Part shown: piece by piece, positions 53,660 through 64,000 of the stretch
How the letters are laid out: each line of letters opens with the position of its first letter
Numbering within the stretch: position 1 is the stretch's first letter
From: Trichoplax adhaerens
Lineage: Eukaryota > Animalia > Placozoa
Direction: 5' to 3'
DNA: 64,000 nucleotides
Assembly: GCF_000150275.1 (NCBI RefSeq)
Contig: NW_002060951.1
Location: forward strand, 1,436,297-1,500,296
Program-made: the position numbers and the translations under genes
Notes under the pieces: generated by a model
The model's input: only the letters and a program-made list of their open reading frames with translations
What the model was told of the DNA's origin: nothing
Databases searched by the model: none

Positions 53660-53716
53660 GTCACGTGCTGCTAAATTGGGGGGCGTACGTAAGCCGATTC
53701 CCTAATTTGATTGGCT
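53660..53716 (-). promoter_or_regulatory. Proximal promoter of the ZNF395/704-like gene: E-box, GC box and CCAAT box
   Basis: GTCACGTG at 53660-67, GGGGGGCGT at 53678-86 and AGCCAATC on the minus strand at 53709-16, all within 60 bp and about 250-300 bp upstream of the ATG. Confidence 0.6.
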
Positions 53717-53999
53717 AGTTACGGTCGATGATTGAAATGTTCATAAGCGATTTCACTGTTGAAAGTGATTGAATACAAAAGTTATAGTCATCCGATCTAT
53801 GGCGGCATTCATAGCAGAACGGCCCCCGTTGAATCGATCTCATTAATATTTGTTTGTTTTTTCTGTCATCTCCGATGTCACTGCGTCTGTACCATCTGAC
53901 ACTTCCGCTATTCATTAGCGAGCACTTTTTCTTCTTTACGCGTATTCAAGTCACGGTCACGGGCTATTGAAAAAGGGGGTCTAGATTTTGAGTACAGGT

Positions 54000-56530
54000 C
54001 ATGGTACTGTACATTGTGTACTGTATAGTGTACAGTACTGCAGCCATAACGAAATCAGTGGTTACTCGAGTAAAAAATCTGCTCCACGTTTTTTTTTTTT
54101 TTATCAGTTTTTTTTATTATTACAATATTAGTATATGTTTCGCTCGTTGTACTTCGTGTACTATCCATAGACTGTGTCCAGTACTTGTATTTGATACGTT
54201 TACTGTGCTACTACAGCACCATTACATCTGTATCATTCTTTACCGGAATTTCGACGGAATCAGTGCTATGCAACAGTTGATGATGCTGTCCATTTTGAAT
54301 TGTTGAACTGGAGTACACTGACTGTGTATAGTATAGCTTATACAGGTTACACGGGTCGAATTCATTATAACGCACCGTATACTGTACTGTATTATCGTTA
54401 AAAATGTTACATGGCCATTGGAGACCGTAGGTAAAAAGAAAATCATCGGCACAAAAACTTACAAACAGTACTGTACATTAAATTTAAATTTAAAACACCA
54501 ACTGCAGCGCCGGCCGGTAGTATGCCGGGCAATCGTGGACTACCGAGCCTACAAATTATTAGCTAAGTGTACAGTAGTGTAGCGTACCGTACATGCAGTA
54601 TAGTAGTTTACATTCAGGGACTGCGTGAAGAGGAGAAGAGTAATAAAAGAAGAGATTCTGGAGTGAAATAATTTTTAATTTTTATTGTGCTTTTTGTGGC
54701 ACGGCGCTCAGTAGCGCTACGTAGTGTAATAGTCCTACAGTATCGTGTAAAGAAGTGACAAACAACTCGCTAGCTTAGACAAAGAAAAATACGAACCGCC
54801 CCAGGGTATTTAATGACAAACAAGAACAGAATCATACGATACTAAGAAACATAAATACAGATAGAGTACCGTACTGTACAGTACTGTACTGTATGTACAG
54901 CAGTCCTCTGCACTCTGTAGTCTGCATTTTGCCGGGCTGCTTTACAGTAGGTGGGATCTACCGTCTGTGGGAGTTCTGCGCCGTATTCACGATAACAATA
55001 ATAATAATAATAATAATAATAAGCATATTGACATTTTTACGCGGAATAATAGGTACACCTAACCACCCGTATTTTTTAGGTTACATAGCTTTGCGTTGGC
55101 AGTTACACCACGGTACGGTAGATTTAATGCAAAGTAGTTCATCGAGTGTTAAAAAACAAGAATAAGGCTACGAATGAAAACTTTACACAGCACACGATAA
55201 GCATATTGTACAGTAGTTGCCGTACAGTGTACTGTACTGTATGTTAGGCTAGGATATGAATACATACTGTACTGTACAGTACAGTACAGCGTCAATCAAT
55301 GTATCACGTAAGTGCACATTTCATTAACTTAGCTAGTATCACGTAATCAAATTGAATTTTCATTAACCCAAAAGTTAGAGCATAAGCACTGAACTGAAGA
55401 TGCTAATTTCATGTTCAGATTGTCAGTTTGAATCACAAATAGTGCTTAATCATGGTTTAACACAAAAGCATAATCGTTTCCTTTGAAATACCTTATGTTG
55501 TACTGTACCTGTACCGCTATACGGACAGACAGATTGTACAATTGAGTACAGCAGCGCACATTGCACATGCAATATTCGTAATCGTAAGTACTGTGAGAGT
55601 TAAAATCTTAGCACTTTCGGAATGTCAGTATTACGTACCAGACAGCAAACTTGTGAAAAATACTAAAAAACGAAGGGATAGACTTTAATGTATTTTTTTT
55701 TCACTCCTTCAATTCCAGATTCGTCACCGTTTCATATTACTGTACTGGATGTACTGTATACTGTATACTACTGTACTGTACAGTATTCTGTGAGTGTACA
55801 GCACTGTACAGTATTCTACTGTAATACAAGCAGAAGCTTGGTCTAATTCAAGGCCGGACTGAGTCGCTGCTTGTCTGCATTACTGTAAGTCTGCTTTATA
55901 GTGCAAAACCTACAGCCTATTTCTGTACAGTAGATGAAAATGTGTCGATTAATTACAGTATATTTACAGTGCAGTACTGTACAGTACAGCAGAATGTATT
56001 TATTTACAGGGGCGTAACTGGGTGTTGCCACTTGTCAACAAGTCAATGTCCAAGCACAAGTAGAAATTTTGTAAAACTTACGGTTAGAAAAATAATGGAT
56101 ATTGTCAAATGTCATTTCGTTTTGATGATGGTGTATAATGTAGTACATTACCGTAGTCTGCTCATTTGGTTATTCACGGTTCTATCTAATTTTGATGCGA
56201 GAAATATTTATTTATTTCAACCGAACAAACATATTTGCTCGACCCCGACGATCTTTGCTTTTACTATACTGTATAATGTACATCTTGCTTACGAGTCAAC
56301 GACGACAAAGGACACTTGTGATATACCCTTGATATACAGACATGCTATATGTACTGTACAGTACTATACAGTATACTGTATATACATACAGTATATGTAC
56401 AGTACAGCTGTAAAGCCGTACAGTATACTGTACTGTATCGCAATTATTGAAATACTCTACTACACCGGCCATTATAATGCATCATGGTTAGTTATCTTCT
56501 AGCTTACAGGACAGTACGTACTGTATATGT
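54000..56530. repeat. Dispersed clusters of TACTG/CAGTA pentamer arrays, plus (AAT)n at 54997-55022
   Basis: Clusters at ~54003-40, 54868-900, 55205-290, 55737-822, 55960-990 and 56350-435. Confidence 0.8.
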
Positions 56531-57452
56531 TCTCGCATGAATATCCAATTGTCCTGCAGCATGGCAGTCGATGTTGATAACAAATAGTGATGCAGAGATT
56601 AGACATTTAAACCTGCAACAATTTAAGCTTATACCCAGTTTTGTGTTCACTGTGAGTACTTGCAGCTCATGGTTCGATTTTATTTTCAATATACGCATCT
56701 ATTATATTTTTGTTAATTAATCATCAGTTTGAGATATACTATATTGTCATTGTTATCCTACCGGCTAACGTGATACATTGACTTTAAAAATTGATTTTAC
56801 TGCATTTGTAGTCAATACTACTGATAGTAATACTAACATCCTCGGAAAGCCCAAAATAAGATGTTATCTTGAACGACAAAATTTTTAAAATAAAATTTTC
56901 TATGCCTTCAACGGTGGTACTTTTACATATGTATTGATATTGCCTAGGCCTTTTTGATGTAAGCTATCGCAGCAAATATTCTACAGTAGAAGCACAAGCA
57001 TAAGCTATATTATGAAATATGATTTTATTGCTGTGATTTCTTTATTTAAAATGAGAAATTTCGGTCAAAAACAATGGAATACGACTACGTACTTAGCACT
57101 TTTCAGTGTGATGTAATTAATTAATTAATAGGGGTCTAAAATTAAAAATAATTGGATCGATAATATAATGTAAATGGCAAGCGTGTTCATTCCTATATAT
57201 TTACAGTTGAAGTAAGCACCTTTAAATGGAGTAAGATAACGTGATTCAATCTAGAGACTTACTAACGATAAAGTTATTTTCAATGCTAGCAGTGCTGCTT
57301 GTTTCTTTCAAAACAGCCTGTTTGCGTTCTATGTAAGAAAGCCAGCTATAGGTATATGTATTTCCATACTTCGATGAAATATCTATTTAATGGATATAGA
57401 CGTACATAATACGATATAAGCCATTAAAAGTAACATAATATGTGATAGTTTA

Positions 57453-58990
57453 GGCTTACCTACTTGGTATGTACAGAGCAAATTATGCTTGGTTCAAACT
57501 TTGTTCAGAGAGGATGGTGGAATCTCTTCGCTTCGTTAACTAATTGTATGGCTTCCGAAATCCGTCACGTAGCTAAAGATTGTTTAGCCTTCTAACAAGC
57601 GTAAACTGCTCCACTTACTACCTTTAGTGCGATAATAGCCCAACGACTTGTAAGTTGTTTAGTATTTACTATGTAGCTTGCTAGTACGGATAAACAAATC
57701 AATAATGAATTCTATCATTCATAACATGACATTGAAATAACGAAATAGAGAGTCTCATTACGAAATAAAGATTTTGATCATTGGTTAGCAGTATCTTTGC
57801 ATAAACATTTTCTTTCGGAAGTACATACCATGTCATTGCAATTTGAAATATTTTCATTACTTAGTGCATTCCATTATCTTATAAATGTAACTGTACTCGC
57901 TTTTCAACGCTGAAATTATTCACAGAAACTAATTCACTTAAAATACGACTCCAAAACTCATCAAACTCTTGTTAAATATGTACAAGTTGAATGATATAAA
58001 AATATTTAATTAAATTAAATAACAAGTAACTTAAACTGTCAAATTCAAGAGACTCTTAATTATGTAACTCATAATGCATCATTTTGATATAGCGATGTAA
58101 ATATACTTTAACTGTAACTACTAAATTGCAATTCCTTAGGAATAGACCATATTATCATGCTTAATATATTCAATTTCTACGTATTACAGAAATTGCTATC
58201 ATTTTAATAGATACTATAAAAACAATATCAATGGCGCAGCAATTTCGTTGTATAAAATTAGGAATATAAGTAATGAACTGATATCACTACGAGAGAGACG
58301 AGATAAATTCGTCACGATCGCACATTAATGGATAAATCATTTATCTCAAAAATACGGCAGTTAGCATACTTCATAATTGATAACTCTTTCCGTTATCTTC
58401 TCTAGAGACATTTAAAGAATTTTTAGATAATTGTGACAAACTTACTGACACAACTGGAAGCGCTAATTCTGGCTATCCAGATCCATTGGCTTTCAATGCA
58501 ATATAGTGTCTTGCATCAGCTCTAAATAAAACAGACAATAAATTAAGGGCACTCAATTCTAACCTCACTAACTTTAAATATTATACTGGAGCTATATAAA
58601 TTTTCAACGCTGCCATGCAAAAGACTAATTTTTAGAATTAAACGTACGTATTGGAGCACGTTGAAGAATCCATTCTTTAATAATAAAATAGCGTAATTAG
58701 ACTCGAAGATATTGACAAAATAACTTAGTGTACAATTCGTACGGTACTTTAGATAATTCTCTACGGCGCTAGGACGTGTAGATTTATTTATGGCTAGTAA
58801 AGTTGAGCTCCATGAAATCATTTTACTAAATATTTTATAAATCTTTACAATAATCCAACGAAACTGAAGTATGAGTAGTAAATTGATTAATTTCGATATT
58901 AACACTAAGCTATCTTTCTCATAAAGGGCTCACTCAGCTTTACAGATGGAGCAGAAGTAAGTGAAGTGCAAGTAATGCAATTTTGAAGCA
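57453..58990 (+). pseudogene. Decayed Venus-flytrap exons of a GABA-B-like class C GPCR
   Basis: Pieces read AYLLGMYRANYAWF/GWWNL..NCMASEI..AF*QA*, then DPLAFNAI*CLASALNKT..LTNFKY..I*IFNAAMQKTNF*, then GSLSFTDG..VMQF*. The conserved Trp of YDAIW is TAG (58504-6); TAA at 57593-5. Confidence 0.85.
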
Positions 58991-59126
58991 TACATAAAAT
59001 TTTTTATAAATAGTTTCTATAAGCCTATGATTAGATTAGGACATTGTAAAGGTACTGCAAATTCTATCTTAAATTATTGCTAACAATTAATACTCATAAT
59101 AACGATATTTTTATTGTTGTCTAGAT

Positions 59127-61002
59127 ATGTTTATTCCTCTTACATTATGTAAAGACATATTGACGAATTCTAGCTTTAATAAATTATATTATCATAAATT
59201 ATTCTACCATAGGTAATATCTCGTCTACTGTGTTGGTTGCAATTGGATCGTATAAGAGTAATGGTCAAGTAATAACTTTCAATCAAACTGAACCACTCAT
59301 TTGGCCAGGTTATTTATCTTACGCTATGATATAAAATCTATAAGCTGTATATCTAAAGTTTTTCAATAGCTATCTATTATAGATATAATTTCGCTTTATT
59401 TTTATCGATTAAAATCTTTATTGTATAGGAGATCAAGGTCATATTCCGATTGACGGATTCGAAACTAGATTCATAAAGAAGTATATTTGCTCTGGGCTCT
59501 TCACAGCTATGTCAATTGTATCTGCAGTTGTCATGATAATCGCCCTAATGTTCTTAGCAATTAATTTTATACATCGTAAATTAAGGTAATTACTGGATCA
59601 TTACATTAATTATATGAAGTCAATTTTTTATCGTATATCTAGAAATACGGCGCTCTATTAAATATTGTTATAGATATTGCTGATAGCTTATCGCAACTGT
59701 TTTTAATTCGTTTATGTTAGGGTTATCAAAATGTCGAGTCCAAGAATAAATAATCTCATATTAATTGGTTTTATATTATACTTTGTGGCTGTTGTTATGT
59801 TTGGAGTAGACTCTGGTACAGTTAATAAAATCTATCTACCAGCGATTTGTACTGCTCGTGTTAGTCTATTATCTATAGGATTTACACTATCATTCGGCGC
59901 TATGTTCGCTAAAACTTGGCGAGTCCATGTTATTTTTACAAACAAGACGAGTACAAAAGTGGTAATTAACTTCTTTTTATTTAATTTAACTCGAATTTAT
60001 TCGTATACTCTTGTTAAATAACATTTCATCATATTATACAGTAGTGTTTAGATCAAGATTTCGTATTCTATAATGCTAGTATAACAACGAAATAGCTTTA
60101 CGATTCGATTAAAGTTAATTTACTAAAGTACTTTGATGTAATTTAATATATTATTAAAGGTTATCAAAGACCATTCTCTTTTTGGTTTAACATTCTTGTT
60201 ATTTGTGGTTGATTTGATTATTTTGGGAGTATGGATAGCTATTGATCCGTTTACAGGTCAATATGAAAAGTTTACATCCTATGTAAGTTATTCTTATTAT
60301 TTACAGTATATTAAATTTAAATGGTCGCATAAATTTTATTGTATTTAATATAAGTAATAATTAATTATTTATTATAAATTTGTTGAATGTTTGTACTTTA
60401 TTTAAATAATAGCCATCTAAGCTTGGATCCAATATTATTATACAACCGCAAACGGTGATTTGCAGTTGTCAGTATAGTTCTATTTGGCTAGCAATTATCT
60501 ACGGATATAAATTTCTGTTACTTGTATTTGGTACATTTTTGGCATGGGAGACACGAAGTGTTTCGATTGCAGAATTAAACGATTCTCGTCATATTGGATT
60601 AGCTATCTATAACGCTGTTATATTCGCAACAATCGGTGTATTAGTGGGTCAATTGACACAAACTGGTATAGATGGAGGATATATTATTAATTCGTCATTT
60701 ATACTAATTTGTGCGACATCTAGTATGTGTCTTTTCTTTATACCGAAGGTAAGGATAACTATACTAAGCGTTAATAGAGATTTCGAGATTGCCTTGGTAC
60801 TGTAGCTATAAGCAATAAATTTTAGATTAAAATATTGGAAGAGTTAATGTAAGGTTTATTTATAATTAATCGATTACTATATTATACTGATTTGTGAACT
60901 TTTCATTTATTATGTTGTGTTTCTTAGATTCAGCTTATCAGAAGCTCGAACTATTCTATATTGTCAATGCGTAGTAGAGGATCATCTATGCAAAGACCTT
61001 AA
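59127..61002 (+). CDS. GABA-B-receptor-like 7TM region with all exons open; possible ectodomain-less receptor of ~349 aa, or the intact half of a pseudogene
   Basis: Phase-compatible exons: 59127-59148 (putative), 59213-59308, 59429-59585, 59721-59961, 60160-60282, 60413-60748 and 60928-61002. Motifs are WPG..IPID, IKMSSPRINNLILIG, FGAMFAKTWRVH, YKFLLLVFGTFLAWETR, LNDSRHIGLAIYN and FIPK. Homology is secure; functional status is not. Confidence 0.7.
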
Positions 61003-63185
61003 TCAAGTATACTACAGGCTAATGGCGGAAGCACTAAAAGACAGATGACTGGAAGTGGTTCTCATGCAGAAAGTATAGCCTAAGAATAGCGAGCAATATT
61101 AGTTTAGAGTTCAGTTAAGGAATTATAGCCTATGTTGTCAAAGTAAAATTAAGTCCTCAATTGAAAGCTATCGTGCTTTAAGCTGTGAATCCTTTAAATC
61201 CGCGTAAAGCTTTTACTTGTTTTATTATGTATAGGCAAAAGAATGTTGTCTACTTGTGGCGTATTAAAACAAATATGCTAATTCCAGAACATTTTAATTA
61301 TATGTAAACAAAGTCGATTTATATAGTTTGTAGGATTATCATGAGACTTAAAATTAAAAAATTATTGTAATGGCGCATATCATGCTTTACTTCAATTTAG
61401 TATTTAATAATACTAACTATACATGCCATTGTTTGCTATAGTTAGAGACGATGGCATCTGTTATAATAAGTAATAAGCAAAGTGTATACCGAATACTATG
61501 TTGTTATTAGATATATTTATACGCAGAGTTGGCTGAATACATAGTATATCTGACCGTAGGACGTCAGATATTAGCTTGATAATTATAATTAATCTAAAGT
61601 GTATTTTAGGTGTTGCCAAACCCAATAAAATATGTAGTGTCTATGTAATATCTATAAATGATCACATTCGATTGAAATACATGCAGTAGTATATATGAAT
61701 GGTACGGTATTAACTATAATATCGAAGTTATAAGATACCATGCATTAAAAAAGCTGTAGAGAATATTAATACAAAGACTGAAACATCAGTTAATTCTTCA
61801 TTGTGACACATGTATATCATTTGTTTAACTTTAATATTTTTGCCCTTGTTTTATGTACCAGATGTTTTACGACAAGAAACTTTACGATTAAAGCAATCGC
61901 TTTTTCTCAATATAGGATTGCTTACTCATATTGATGCTATTCAAAAAAGTAATCCTTTATAAGGTTATTAATTCGTTACGAGAATAAATTAATATTATGG
62001 TAGTTAAATATATTAAATATTGATTACTTATATTCACTGTTGAAAACTCAACTGGCCTTAAATCAAGGTTTGCAGATTAGCATAGTAATATCGTGGCTAA
62101 TTACGTAACTGTATTTCGTAGCCATAATAACATTTCCGTAGTTATTTTACTACTAATGGTGAATAACGTCTACACGTTAAAGCTACGGTACAATAATTTT
62201 ATTTCTACAAATTACTATGAGAAGAAAACATCTACATAAAATGCTATTTTATGCTATAGATAAAAGGTGCTGAATTGATATCTTTTAGGATTCAATCTCT
62301 TTTAAAATTTAAGATTTAATATCTTTCATCCAAACAAACAACTTATGCAGTTAGTCTTGCTGCAATTCTCAGTATATTACAAATGTTGTTCAACCTTTTA
62401 ATTCGCTTTCCGCCGAGGTTATGCATCAATTCAATTACTAGGTTAAATTGCAGCATTCACGAATAATCAAGTCATCATAAAGGTTTTCAATATTGATTTC
62501 TACTTCCATTTTAATCAAAATTGAATCTTAAATATACGGTAGTCTTTAGTTGATATGACAATTGTGACATGGTACGTACCTTGATTACTTTATTTTTATT
62601 TCCATTGTTTCATACAAATCAAGTTATAGTAATTGAAGTCCAAGCATAGAAATAAAAATCATCAGTTTCGTCGAATAACTGAAGCAAAATTTTACAAAGC
62701 AGAATCATAAATTCGCTCCCTTAGTATCTAAAAGACAATAATAAGCGTAATTAATTTTACTGACGTCATTTGTAATCAATTTAAAATTTACTAACAGAAA
62801 TATACTAAGTTATAAGAAATATTGACTTTTCATAGTCAAAACTAGACATTGACATTTCGATTTTATATTATTTATACATACTGACAGATTAAACAATTAA
62901 CCCGTGGGTATCGCTACAGATGAAGTTGAGCTGTTCTCAATTATGCAAAACTGTCAACAAATTGAAATCATATTCAATCTTTTTCCAGTATTATCTACTT
63001 ATAGTAAATACTTGTATGATTCAATCTTTGCATCAATTTACACTTTGTATTTTATTACACTGCACATTGTTATTACCAAGGTATAAATAAAAGCAACATC
63101 AGTAATACGAATTCATTAATCGTTTTTCGAACTGTCGTAATTTTGATCATTTACGTGATATTAACGACATCAAGAAGTTAAGAAT

Positions 63186-63953
63186 ATGATTAAGAAAGAC
63201 CTTTACTCAACTTCAACACTGTGTTTCTGTTATTTGGCGTTATGTATTCTTCCAGTTTACTCGTCTGGTACCAAGACGCCGTTACATTTAGGAGGTACAT
63301 ATCCAGCAAGTTACGTCTACCTTAAAAGTTCGATGAAGATGATGAAAAATGTAGCAGATATGGCAATACGTGATATTAATGCGAGAAGCGATGTTCTCGA
63401 GCAGTATGAACTCAAGCTAAAGTTATTAGATGACGGGGTAAGCACTTTGCGTTAACGGTTAATCGTGCTCATGTGTCTTAAAGTTTCAATTTTTTCTATA
63501 ATATTAATTCTTAAATACGGCAACGGTTGTGGACATTACATATTTTCTCCTAGTAGTATAACAAAATTATTGCTGGAAAAGTCTTTGTCAATGAAGTTCT
63601 ACACGGTCCACAACTTATGGCTTTACTGGGACCTTATACGTCTCATTCGTCTTCAGTGGTTGCTACTATAGCTCGTTACTGGAATCTTATTCAGGTTTTG
63701 ATGATAGTTTATTATTACTTGTAATTTAGACTGATTTCCTTTGATATCTCTAGTTATTTTTCTTATTTTCTGATGCTATAGCTGTCAGCTGGGGCCACAT
63801 CAACACAATTCAGCAATCGAGAGGAATTTCCCTACTTCTATAGTAGCCTATTGACGGATATTACATATAACTCTGTTCGTGTAGGATTAGTGAAAAGATT
63901 TGGATGGAAAAGAGTAGCTATCTTGTATCATAGCGATGTATTATTTGACAATG
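63186..63953 (+). CDS. GABA-B-receptor-like class C GPCR, 5' part (continues past the window)
   Basis: Signal peptide, then ADMAIRDINARSDVLEQYELKL (exon 63186-63437). Exon 63557-63694 has LLGPYTS..ARYWNLIQ. Exon 63782-63953 has LSAGATSTQFSNREEFPYF..FGWKRVAIL. Confidence 0.9.
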
Positions 63954-64000
63954 TTAGTAAGCGTACTGACATATCTTAGCGTGGTCTATATTTCATAAAA

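Overview
AT-rich, intron-rich eukaryotic DNA from an early-branching animal. Small introns, tandem GABA-B-like class C GPCRs, a receptor guanylyl cyclase and abundant TACTG/CAGTA repeats suggest a placozoan (Trichoplax-like); this is an inference. Five intact multi-exon genes are present: an NPR-type receptor guanylyl cyclase (-, 1706-14611), RPLP0 (+), an OFCC1-like gene (-), pseudophosphatase MTMR9 (+) and a ZNF395/ZNF704/SLC2A4RG-family C-clamp transcription factor (-). A second GABA-B-like receptor starts at 63186 and runs off the window. Several features are missed or only partly shown by the ORF track: (1) a GABA-B-like gene with a ruined Venus-flytrap region but fully open 7TM exons and a possible new start exon, i.e. 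a candidate 'headless' receptor; (2) a decayed YTH (m6A reader) domain followed by extra relic exons; (3) a Penelope-like RT fragment; (4) TPR-like and Caspr-like relics; (5) two interleaved inverted repeats just upstream of RPLP0; (6) candidate intronic H/ACA RNAs in RPLP0; (7) GTAC-pentamer arrays clustered near gene 5' ends. All exon boundaries and translations were read by eye and may be off by a few bases.
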